The notes under the pieces: generated by a model | Databases searched by the model: none | What the model saw: the letters and a program-made list of their open reading frames with translations, nothing else | What the model was told of the DNA's origin: nothing | Translations under genes and position numbers: made by a program | Source of the DNA: Chloroflexota bacterium | GTDB lineage: Bacteria; Chloroflexota; Dehalococcoidia; UBA2979 | Length of the DNA stretch: 64,000 bases | Direction of reading: 5' to 3' | Assembly (NCBI GenBank): GCA_002716405.1 | Contig: PBBA01000006.1 | Span: forward strand, 70,142-134,141 | In this document: positions 30,919-39,618 of the stretch, piece by piece | Position numbering within the stretch: the first letter of the stretch is position 1 | How the letters are laid out: the number at the start of each line of letters is the position of its first letter

Positions 30919-31758
30919 ATGAAATTTGGACTCACAATTTTCCCAACTGATTATGCAATCGATCCAATCATTCTAGCGCAAGAAGCAGAAGTTAGAGGAT
31001 TTGAATCGATTTTCCTCCCTGAACATACACACATACCAGTTAATAGAGAAACTCCATTTCCAGGAGGTGGTAAGTTACCTAAAGAATATTCACACACTTT
31101 TGATCCGTTCGTAACACTAGGTGCAATTGCAGCCTCAACCAAAACTATTAAACTAGCAACAGGAATTGCATTAATAGTTGAAAGAGATCCAATCGTTCTA
31201 GCGAAAGAAATTTCTACTTTGGATATCATCTCGAATGGACGAGTCTTATTAGGTGTTGGAGGAGGATGGAACCGTGAAGAAATGAGAAATCATGCGACAC
31301 CTCCTGAAAGAAGATGGAAACTTATGCGTGAACGTATTGAAGCAATGAAAAGTCTTTGGACACGTGATGTTGCAGATTATCATGGGGAATTTGTTGATTT
31401 TGATCCCGTCTGGCAATGGCCCAAACCATTACAAAAACCTCATCCGCCAATTGTTGTAGGTGGTAATGGCGCAAATACACTGAAGAGAGTTATACGATAT
31501 GGTGATGAATGGATGCCGATTGGTAATCGAGGAGAATATTTAAATCGAATACCTGAATTACAAGAACTTGCACAAGAAGCAGGTCGTAATTCAATCCCCG
31601 TCTCGGTCTTTGGTGCAAGCAACGACGAAAAAAGCATTATAGAGTTAGCCAACGCAGGTGTGCATAGAGCGATACTGCGTTTGGAGTCAACGGGCAAAGA
31701 ACAGATACTACCAAAATTAGATCAATATGCTTCTCTAATTGAAAGTTTTTCTAATTAA
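30919..31758 (+). CDS. LLM-class (luciferase-like) flavin/F420-dependent oxidoreductase
   Basis: MKFGLTIFPTDYAIDPIILAQEAEVRGFESIFLPEHTHIP; TIM-barrel LLM family signature. Confidence 0.8.
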   Translation: MKFGLTIFPTDYAIDPIILAQEAEVRGFESIFLPEHTHIPVNRETPFPGGGKLPKEYSHTFDPFVTLGAIAASTKTIKLATGIALIVERDPIVLAKEISTLDIISNGRVLLGVGGGWNREEMRNHATPPERRWKLMRERIEAMKSLWTRDVADYHGEFVDFDPVWQWPKPLQKPHPPIVVGGNGANTLKRVIRYGDEWMPIGNRGEYLNRIPELQELAQEAGRNSIPVSVFGASNDEKSIIELANAGVHRAILRLESTGKEQILPKLDQYASLIESFSN

Positions 31759-31776
31759 ATTATCAAGGATATAATT

Positions 31777-32883
31777 ATGACATCGACATCAGAATCGAGA
31801 AATTCACCGATCAAACTCGACAACTTAAATGACGCTATTGAATTCTGTTATGAATCCGGCTGGACAGATGGGTTACCAGTTGTTCCTCCCACAATTGAAC
31901 TAGTAGAAAAAATGTTAGATCAAGTAAAACTTGATCCTTTTGAAACAATTGCCGAACACATTACAACTCAAAGAAAATGCAGTGCACATGCAGCTGCTAC
32001 TAATGCAGTAATGGCAGGATGTCTACCTGAACATTTCCCTGTTGTAATAGCAGCATTACGCGCTATGTCTAAACCAGACTTTAATTATCATGGTTCAACT
32101 GCTAGCACTGGTGGATCAGCACATATGGTCATAGTCAGTGGTCCAATTGTTAGTCAATTAAACATGAACTCAAGTGGAAATTTATTTGGTTCGGGTAATA
32201 GAGCTAATGCATCAATTGGTCGTGCAATAAGATTGATACATATGAACGTATTCCATATGGAACCAAATATCACAGATCGGTCAACACAAGGAAATCCTGG
32301 AAAATATTCGTTATGTATAGCTGAAAGAGCTGAAAAAAGCCCTTGGCCGAGTTTGAATGAATACTTTGGACATCCAAAAGAATCGATAGTTATAGTTTTT
32401 GCTACAGGTGGTTTTCATAACATTGAAAATCACTTTGCTTCAACACCAGAAGAAGTTTTATTAACTGTTGCCGATTCCATGAGTTGCTTAGATTCACTTA
32501 CGCATGGGCAATCAGTAGTTGTACTATCTCCTGAAACAGCTGAAATTATAGCTGAAGATAAAACTTGGACTAGAGAAAAAGTTCAAGAGTATTTATTTAA
32601 TAATGCTTGGCGTAGTATCAATGATTTAGAACGAATAGGCCGTCCACCAATGGATCAAACAATCCAATCTTCAACACAATCAGAAAACTACTCACCTGGA
32701 GAAACTCAATTCGAAATAGATAGACAAATTATTCGTAAAACCGACCCACAGAGATATCATAGAGGTATAGCACCTGAAGATATATTGTTACTTGTTGGTG
32801 GTGGTGATGCCGGAGCACACTCTTCTTTTTTACCATCATGGAGTAGGGCTCGAAATTCATTAATGCAAATTGAGGTAATCTAA
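31777..32883 (+). CDS. Conserved hypothetical protein (368 aa), immediately upstream of and in the same frame as the UGSC selenoprotein gene
   Basis: ORF with no recognised family. It ends at a TAA 12 nt before the downstream start. Confidence 0.5.
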   Translation: MTSTSESRNSPIKLDNLNDAIEFCYESGWTDGLPVVPPTIELVEKMLDQVKLDPFETIAEHITTQRKCSAHAAATNAVMAGCLPEHFPVVIAALRAMSKPDFNYHGSTASTGGSAHMVIVSGPIVSQLNMNSSGNLFGSGNRANASIGRAIRLIHMNVFHMEPNITDRSTQGNPGKYSLCIAERAEKSPWPSLNEYFGHPKESIVIVFATGGFHNIENHFASTPEEVLLTVADSMSCLDSLTHGQSVVVLSPETAEIIAEDKTWTREKVQEYLFNNAWRSINDLERIGRPPMDQTIQSSTQSENYSPGETQFEIDRQIIRKTDPQRYHRGIAPEDILLLVGGGDAGAHSSFLPSWSRARNSLMQIEVI

Positions 32884-32895
32884 GTAAAGGTAACT

Positions 32896-33432
32896 ATGAC
32901 ATTAAAACTGTATGATCCGAAAATAGATGATCTAACTAAAGTATCTTTAGTTAATCTTGCTCCAAGATTAACTAAACTCAGCAATACAAAAATTGCACTC
33001 CTTTCTAATGGCAAATTTAATGCCGATGTTCTTCTTCGGCTAACTGCAGAAATTTTCGAAAAAAATCATCAAAGTAAGGTTATTTTAGACCTAAATAAAC
33101 ACAGTGCATCACGCCCTTGTCCACAAGATATTATTGATACAATTGTTCGAGCTAATGTTGATTTCATGATTACAGCCGTAGGTGACTGAGGATCATGTTC
33201 GACGTGCAGTGTGCACGACGGAATTACTTTAGAAAAATTAAATGTTCCAGCTTTAACTTTATGCACATACCCTTTTCAACCAACTGCTGAGGCGACAGCA
33301 AAAACTCTCGGTTTACCTAATTTTAGATTTGCACTAATAGATCATCCTATCGGAAGTCGAAGTGAACAAGAACTACGTGAACGAGCTCAAGAAGCCTACG
33401 TACAAGGATCGAAAATACTGCTAGGTAATTAA
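32896..33432 (+). CDS. UGSC-family selenoprotein. The in-frame TGA at 33187-33189 is read as selenocysteine (…ITAVGD-U-GSCSTCSVHDG…), giving a full product of ~178 aa.
   Basis: Two ORF-track pieces (32896-33189 and 33211-33432) are in one frame and separated only by TGA. The UGSC motif is present. A perfect hairpin (CGTGCA-GTG-TGCACG, extended UCG/CGG) starts 10 nt downstream of the UGA, as expected for a bacterial SECIS. Confidence 0.65.
33199..33221 (+). ncRNA. Putative bacterial SECIS element (mRNA stem-loop) downstream of the in-frame UGA
   Basis: tcgaCGTGCAgtgTGCACGacgg: 6-bp perfect stem plus a 3-bp extension across an A·A mismatch; apical loop GUG; 10-nt spacing from the UGA. Confidence 0.5.
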
Positions 33433-33443
33433 TAAAAAAAGTA

Positions 33444-34751
33444 TTATTTCTGCACTAAAGATCTGTTCAATAGTTCAATTACATGTAGGACCTCTGCATC
33501 AAATCCACTCTTCCGTACACCTGATTGTAATTGCAAAGTACACCCAGGATTGGCAGTACAAATAATTGAACTCTCAGTTGTAAGAATATCTTCCATTTTA
33601 GTATCGAGAATATTGTTAGACATCTCAGATTGCACCAAAGAATAAATTCCTGCTGAACCACAGCATCGATCAGGATTACTCATTTCATGAAGATTAATTC
33701 CAGGGATTTGATTAAGAATATCTCTCGGAGCTTTTCGAATTCCTTGTGCATGAGCAAGATGACAAGAATCTTGCAAGGTCACATTAATATCAATCTTTGA
33801 AAGGCTGTTTTGAAAATTTTCTTCCTGCATACGTGGTGCAACAAATTCCAGAATATCTTCAACTTTATCTGAAAAAACTTGTGCTCGTTCTGACCACTTA
33901 ATATCTTCACGCAATAAATGATCATATTCCTTCAAAGTAGAACCACACCCTGCAGCATTCACAATAATTGCATCAACTTGATGTTCTTCAAATGCTCTGA
34001 TATTTTTTCTGGCCAATTCACGGCTTTTTTGCATATCACCTGCATGTAAATGAAGTGCTCCACAACATACTTGAGAAGGAGGGGCTATTACTTCACAACC
34101 TAATTTTTCTAACACATTTATGGTCGCTTCATGCGTTTGAGGGAATATTTCCCCTTGAACACAGCCCATTATCAGCGCAACTCGCATAGAAGCATTATCA
34201 GGTGAAGATAGAATTTCTCGTTGATGAAAGCGTTTTGAATTAATTTCAGGGATCAATGCCTCAAAGTTAACAATACGCTTTGGAAGCCACTTATAAATAT
34301 GTTTTCGAAATAAACTTTGTAATCTTGTTTTTGAATATATACGTAATGGTAATATCGCCAATCTTAAAATTATTGGCCTAACGATGACATTACGTAGCAA
34401 AAAAGTACGTAATCGCCATTGCTTAGGTTGTAATGATCGTGGATTAGACATAATTGATGCTCGAGCATCCTCCATAATTCTTCCATACGGTACACCTGAA
34501 GGACATGCAGTTTCACATGCTCGGCATTGTAAACAAAGATCCAAATGACCAAGCAAGCGATCATTTATATCAATACGACCAGAACGAACTGCATCTATAA
34601 GATGCAGTCGCCCTCGAGGTGATTCTAATTCATGCCCGGTGGAGATATATGTCGGGCATGAAGGCAAACAAAATCCACAATGAATACAATTACGGAGATC
34701 TTCCGCAGACGGAATATCTGTACCGACGAATTTAATTGGCATAAATGACAT
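33444..34751 (-). CDS. glcF: Glycolate oxidase iron-sulfur subunit GlcF ((Fe-S)-binding protein with 2x CCG domains)
   Basis: Two 4Fe-4S ferredoxin-type Cys clusters (CIHCGFCLPSCP, CLQCRACETACP) and two Cys-rich CCG domains. Confidence 0.8.
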   Translation of the reverse strand: MSFMPIKFVGTDIPSAEDLRNCIHCGFCLPSCPTYISTGHELESPRGRLHLIDAVRSGRIDINDRLLGHLDLCLQCRACETACPSGVPYGRIMEDARASIMSNPRSLQPKQWRLRTFLLRNVIVRPIILRLAILPLRIYSKTRLQSLFRKHIYKWLPKRIVNFEALIPEINSKRFHQREILSSPDNASMRVALIMGCVQGEIFPQTHEATINVLEKLGCEVIAPPSQVCCGALHLHAGDMQKSRELARKNIRAFEEHQVDAIIVNAAGCGSTLKEYDHLLREDIKWSERAQVFSDKVEDILEFVAPRMQEENFQNSLSKIDINVTLQDSCHLAHAQGIRKAPRDILNQIPGINLHEMSNPDRCCGSAGIYSLVQSEMSNNILDTKMEDILTTESSIICTANPGCTLQLQSGVRKSGFDAEVLHVIELLNRSLVQK

Positions 34752-36020
34752 CTAGACACCAACCATCCATCGTCCAGGGTTCAGAATCCCAGAGGGGTCA
34801 AATCGATACTTTAATGAACGTACAAGATCTGTTTCAATATCACCAAACGGATCAAATACTTCACGAATATTGCCTGGAGCTGTTTCAACTTGCATAAAAC
34901 CACCTAAGCCTTCAACTTGCGAGCGAAATTTCGATAACGAAACAACATTAATATCTTCAAAAATTACCCGCACAGATCCAGATGTTAAATTGGCCCATGT
35001 ACAAATTGCTGATGTTAATTCTGCAAGTTTAATAACCTCAACAATATTATTAGCTTGGACACCACATCGTAATACAATCTGTTCTTTTTTTTCATTGGCC
35101 AAAGAGCGAATTTCAGCCCAAATTTGAGAATCTTCTAGTTGATTAATTTCACCAAATCTACGCATTATTTCCTCAGTATCCTGTATCGAACGATGAATTG
35201 ATACTTCAATTCCGACATACTCAACTAACACCTTCGGTGCATACGAAAATCCTAACTTAAAAGATGTCTTAGAATCCAAAATTGTCAATCCACGAATAGG
35301 AAGAACACTATTGCGAAGAATAAAAGCCAAATCACCTGCTTCTTTGATGTCAGAACAATGTAAAATCAATGAAACATTTCTTTCAGGAATTGGAAGAACT
35401 TTAAATGATGCGCTCGATATTATACCAAGTGAACCCAAGGCGCCGGTATGCAATCGATGCATATCAAACCCACTCACATTTTTTACCACACGACCCCCAC
35501 TTGTAGCTATAGATCCATCGGCCATAACTACTGTCATTCCTAAAATAAGATCTCGAGTGGAAGGTACATTTCCCCTCCAAGCCCCTGAACGAGCTGTTGC
35601 AAGCAAGCCACCGATCGTAACAACATCACTAGGATTAGGATCAGCTGGCAAATATTGTCTATGCTCTGAAAGAATAGCTTGAAGATCATGCAATGTAGCT
35701 CCAGATTCAATAGTTACCGTAAGATCTTCAGGAGTATATTCGACTAATTTTGATATTCCAGATGTATCGAGTGCAATATCATATCTCTCTAGTTTTCGAC
35801 CGAAAGTCAGTGCAGTACGGCTACCTTGAGGACTGACAGCAAAGTTATACTGATTGGCAAATTGAATAATTTGAGATATTTGATCAATATGTAGCGGGCG
35901 AAACGCTGATAGAGGTACCTTACCATCAATGACATACATTTCGGGCTCACGACAAATTTCAGGAGGTAAAGATTTTATAAAATTTCCTATAGATTCAGGA
36001 AATGCTTGAATATTAGACAT
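34752..36020 (-). CDS. glcE: Glycolate oxidase FAD-binding subunit GlcE. The start is taken at ATG 36020 (MSNIQ…); the ORF track extends to 36158.
   Basis: FAD-binding PCMH-type domain. It has the classic 8-nt ATGTCTAA overlap with the glcD stop. Confidence 0.75.
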   Translation of the reverse strand: MSNIQAFPESIGNFIKSLPPEICREPEMYVIDGKVPLSAFRPLHIDQISQIIQFANQYNFAVSPQGSRTALTFGRKLERYDIALDTSGISKLVEYTPEDLTVTIESGATLHDLQAILSEHRQYLPADPNPSDVVTIGGLLATARSGAWRGNVPSTRDLILGMTVVMADGSIATSGGRVVKNVSGFDMHRLHTGALGSLGIISSASFKVLPIPERNVSLILHCSDIKEAGDLAFILRNSVLPIRGLTILDSKTSFKLGFSYAPKVLVEYVGIEVSIHRSIQDTEEIMRRFGEINQLEDSQIWAEIRSLANEKKEQIVLRCGVQANNIVEVIKLAELTSAICTWANLTSGSVRVIFEDINVVSLSKFRSQVEGLGGFMQVETAPGNIREVFDPFGDIETDLVRSLKYRFDPSGILNPGRWMVGV

Positions 36021-37506
36021 AGACACCTGGTATGGAAAATTGTTGATCTGTAATTTGCATATGACCTTGAGCACAACCATGTCCAGTGGGGAGAATTTTA
36101 CAAGGATTAAAATTCCCCACGGGATCAAAAGAAAAACGTATTTTCTCCATAGCAGCAAGATCAGACTCTGTAAATACCCACTCCATATACGAACGCTTTT
36201 CTAAACCAATACCATGCTCACCTGTAATCGAACCACCTGCATCAACACAAAGCTTCATTATCTCTCCTCCAAGCTCCAACACGCGATCGGTAGCACCAGA
36301 TTCTAGGGGATCAAATAGAACCGTTGGATGAAGATTACCATCGCCAGCATGGAACATGTTTGCACATTTAAATCCAGCTTTATGACTAGCCAAAAGAACT
36401 TTATTTAATATCTCTGGCAATTTTGTACGTGGAACTACACCGTCAAGTAAATATATTGCTGGTGCTGTTTGGCCCAATGCACCAATTGCAGATTTACGAC
36501 CTTCCCAGAGCGATTCTCTTTCTAAGCTACTTTCGGCTATTCTGACCTCACGTGCACCTAGCTCATTGCATGCCTTCACAACAACTGCAGAGTTATGCTC
36601 AACAACTTCTGATAAGCCTTCAACTTCAATTAACAAAACAGCACCAGCATCAATTGGATAGCCAGCTCGTACCCTAGGTTCCACTACCTTAATTGTTTCT
36701 TGATCCATCATTTCCATGGCCATAGGAATTACACCACTTCGAATCACTGCAGATACTGCACTAGAAGCAGCATCAATACTATCGAAAATAGCAAGCATCG
36801 TCCTAACAGTTTCATTAACAGGAATCAGGCTTACACATATCGCAGTAACGATTCCCAATGTTCCTTCTGATCCTACAAATACTCCACGTAAGTCCATACC
36901 AGGAGTATCCAACTGTCTACCTCCTAACCAAACAATTCTCCCTCCAGGTAAAACCACTTCCATTCCTAGGATGTGGTTAACCGTTGAACCATATGCCAAT
37001 GTATGAGGTCCACCTGAATTTGTACCTACATTACCACCAATAGTACATATACGTTGCGATGAAGGATCAGGAGCATAGATCAAGTTATAAGGTTCAAGTG
37101 CCTCATGAAGATGGAGATTAATAACCCCGGGTTCAACAATGGCTAAACGATTTTCAGCATCAATTTCTCTTATTTTATTCATAGCAGTGAGAACAATTAG
37201 GATTCCACCCTTTACAGGAAGTGCACCACCTGCAAATCCAGTCCCAGATCCTCGAGGTATCACAGGAATGTCATATTGCGCAGCCACCGTTACTGCATGA
37301 GATACTTCTTCAACAGTTGTAGGAAGAATTACAATATCAGGCAGTGCACGATCGATTGAAGTATCGTATTCATAAACCAGAAGATCTTCAGGAGCATCTA
37401 AGATTTTTGATCTCTTAATCTTTTTTGTAAGATCAAAAATTAATGCAGTAAGTTGATTATTTTCCATAGAATTGCAGTCTATCACTACTTTAGAGGCTCT
37501 AAGCAA
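36013..37506 (-). CDS. glcD: Glycolate oxidase subunit GlcD (FAD-linked oxidase)
   Basis: 497 aa with FAD_binding_4 and FAD-oxidase_C domains (PRGSGTGFAGGALP). Confidence 0.82.
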   Translation of the reverse strand: MLRASKVVIDCNSMENNQLTALIFDLTKKIKRSKILDAPEDLLVYEYDTSIDRALPDIVILPTTVEEVSHAVTVAAQYDIPVIPRGSGTGFAGGALPVKGGILIVLTAMNKIREIDAENRLAIVEPGVINLHLHEALEPYNLIYAPDPSSQRICTIGGNVGTNSGGPHTLAYGSTVNHILGMEVVLPGGRIVWLGGRQLDTPGMDLRGVFVGSEGTLGIVTAICVSLIPVNETVRTMLAIFDSIDAASSAVSAVIRSGVIPMAMEMMDQETIKVVEPRVRAGYPIDAGAVLLIEVEGLSEVVEHNSAVVVKACNELGAREVRIAESSLERESLWEGRKSAIGALGQTAPAIYLLDGVVPRTKLPEILNKVLLASHKAGFKCANMFHAGDGNLHPTVLFDPLESGATDRVLELGGEIMKLCVDAGGSITGEHGIGLEKRSYMEWVFTESDLAAMEKIRFSFDPVGNFNPCKILPTGHGCAQGHMQITDQQFSIPGVYV

Positions 37507-37655
37507 GTGTTATTAATTTAATAAATATATGAGAAAAAGCTGAGCTTTTTATCATTTTTCCTCGACGTGGAGCTCGTAATCAGCTAAATTAAACGTTATA
37601 AGAACCACATATATGTGGTTATATGGGATTATCCCAAGCATTTGAGGGGTGGTAT

Positions 37656-37928
37656 ATGAATAAAAATGAAATGGCGGAAAAAATTGCCGGGCAAGCAGAT
37701 CTGACTAAAGCTGATGCCGGTCGTGCAATTGATGCAGTCTTCGGTGTAATAGCATCAGAGTTAAGTGCTGGAGGCGATGTTTCGATTGCGGGATTTGGAA
37801 AATTTGAGACACGGACAAGAAATGCTCGTACTGGACGCAATCCTCAAACAGGAGCTGAAATTAACATTCCTGCTAGACGAGTTGCCGCTTTTAAAGCGGC
37901 AAAAGCTCTAAAGGATCAAGTAGGGTAA
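37656..37928 (+). CDS. hup: DNA-binding protein HU. The ORF-track start is 37623; MNKNE… at 37656 is the likely start.
   Basis: MNKNEMAEKIAGQADLTKADAGRAIDAVF…GFGKFETRTRNARTGRNPQTGAEINIPARRVAAFKAAKALK; canonical HU. Confidence 0.93.
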   Translation: MNKNEMAEKIAGQADLTKADAGRAIDAVFGVIASELSAGGDVSIAGFGKFETRTRNARTGRNPQTGAEINIPARRVAAFKAAKALKDQVG

Positions 37929-37935
37929 ATACCTA

Positions 37936-37987
37936 AACAATCTGCATCTATCTTGTAGATAGATGCAGATTGTTGATTTGTTATTTT
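37936..37987 (+). terminator. Intrinsic terminator-like hairpin after hup, probably bidirectional with the convergent ctaG. Perfect 17-bp arms, 5-nt loop, then a T-rich tail.
   Basis: aacaatctgcatctatc-ttgta-gatagatgcagattgtt followed by gatttgttatttt. Confidence 0.6.
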
Positions 37988-38015
37988 AAGTAATGTGGCT
38001 ATAGTTTCAACAAAG

Positions 38016-38855
38016 CTAGTCTATATTTCCTGCTCTCTTAGATTCTGATTCTGACCATGAAAAGAAGGCCATTGCAAGGCGAATTAGCAATATGGGAGTC
38101 ATTCCCATCCACATAATCAGTCCAGCATACATTTGGTCGTCACGAGCTGAAATTCCATCAAACACTCGAGTAGCAAATTCATATGTTGTGTATAGAGGAA
38201 AATCTGAAAATACAAAAAATGCTCCAGGGATAGTTGGAAGCAAAGTAATCCCAATTATGTACAGTAGCTTTTGAGCTCTTGCTAAACTAGTATCACTTTG
38301 ATCGTCAAAAGATCCAATCGCAGCCCAAAATGCTATAGCAACACTAATCCATAATATATCAATTAGCATTTGCCCTAATTGCAACGGCTTTAAGATATCT
38401 GTGAAATAAGGTATATGCGTAATTGCTAATACAATGTTAAAGGTTACAAAGCATATAAATGGTCTTGTGATCAATACTTGAAAAGGAAATACAAACCATC
38501 GATTTCTATAACTCGATAGCATTGAATTCGAAACTCCACCTACTAACAAAGGTGCAATAACTAACGAGTACGTTACATACTGCAACATATGTGCAGACAA
38601 TAAATAACCAGATCCCAAAACTCCAATTGGCCAATCTGTCATAACCCAAAGTAGTAACCATCCCAGAAAAAAGGAAAGTTTCTGTCGATGACTGACTTTT
38701 TCCCCAGACCCAGAAAAATAGTTTTTTGAATTCTTCTTACATAGAAAAAAATAACTGCCAATTATGCATAGCATTACAATCCAAATACCAGGGAAAAATT
38801 GCGGATCCCACGTCCAGGAAATCGGCCTCGCAGAACACCACCAATTAACGTCCAT
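38016..38855 (-). CDS. Cytochrome c oxidase assembly factor CtaG-like (Caa3_CtaG family) membrane protein
   Basis: 279-aa polytopic membrane protein that overlaps and is co-oriented with the SCO1 gene. The family assignment rests on topology and weak motif memory. Confidence 0.4.
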   Translation of the reverse strand: MDVNWWCSARPISWTWDPQFFPGIWIVMLCIIGSYFFLCKKNSKNYFSGSGEKVSHRQKLSFFLGWLLLWVMTDWPIGVLGSGYLLSAHMLQYVTYSLVIAPLLVGGVSNSMLSSYRNRWFVFPFQVLITRPFICFVTFNIVLAITHIPYFTDILKPLQLGQMLIDILWISVAIAFWAAIGSFDDQSDTSLARAQKLLYIIGITLLPTIPGAFFVFSDFPLYTTYEFATRVFDGISARDDQMYAGLIMWMGMTPILLIRLAMAFFSWSESESKRAGNID

Positions 38856-39618
38856 TATTCTTGATTCCTTTAACTCCCGTAATCCAGTTATCCATCACTA
38901 AAATCTCTAAATCATGTGCCCACTCTGATTGCCTCGTACCTGTAGGATATTTTAGGGACAACAAATCGTCTTGTGTATATAAAAAGATCCATGCTGCATG
39001 AGCAATCGAATAGCCATTTTCGTAAACTTCTGAAATAAATGCAGGTGGTGCTCCCACGGCAATTTGGGCAACTTCTAGATCTCTATTCGTACCTGTAAGA
39101 CCTATGAAATCTGTATCAAAGAAATCTAACCATTCTCTTATTTTTTCAGGAGAGTCACGTTCTGGATCAACGGATACAAAAATTACTTCCACCCCATTTC
39201 TAACCTCATAAGGGCTTTGATCTAATGCAGCAGCTATATTTGAAAAGTGCACCGGGCAAATATCTGGGCAATTTGTATAACCAAAGTACAGCAAGGTAGT
39301 CTTACCAGAAGTTTTCTGTTTAAAATCAAAATTATTACCTTCTGTATCCTGCAAAATAAAATCAGGACGTACCACATAATCATCAACTCTAATACCTGAT
39401 AAGCGATTATTATCCAATGTTTCGCTAACAGAAATTTTGCTATCACTAGTACAAGATACGGAAGTACTAAGAAAAAAGAGTGCCCAAAATATAATTGATA
39501 TTTTATAAGCAACTAGAGTAGATTGAGAAAATATGAACTTATGCACATTATTTTGTGCAATTCGAAAATTATTAACTACAAAATTATTAATATCCATAGG
39601 TGGCTTTATGCAATCCAA
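38845..39618 (-). CDS. SCO1/SenC family copper chaperone (thioredoxin-like)
   Basis: TLLYFGYTNCPDICP CxxxC motif and a thioredoxin fold. The N-terminal signal/TM and the true start are uncertain. Confidence 0.8.
   Translation of the reverse strand: MDCIKPPMDINNFVVNNFRIAQNNVHKFIFSQSTLVAYKISIIFWALFFLSTSVSCTSDSKISVSETLDNNRLSGIRVDDYVVRPDFILQDTEGNNFDFKQKTSGKTTLLYFGYTNCPDICPVHFSNIAAALDQSPYEVRNGVEVIFVSVDPERDSPEKIREWLDFFDTDFIGLTGTNRDLEVAQIAVGAPPAFISEVYENGYSIAHAAWIFLYTQDDLLSLKYPTGTRQSEWAHDLEILVMDNWITGVKGIKNNGR

Noticed and set aside
31777-33189. Possible single long gene fusing the 368-aa ORF with the selenoprotein gene, since both are in the same frame
   Set aside because: The intervening stop is TAA (32881-32883), not TGA. 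A start codon follows at 32896 and the frame coincidence is a 1-in-3 chance, so they are called as separate genes.
33211-33432. Independent 73-aa ORF starting at GTG 33211
   Set aside because: The GTG lies in the apical loop of the SECIS-like hairpin. The ORF is the C-terminal half of the UGA-containing selenoprotein gene.
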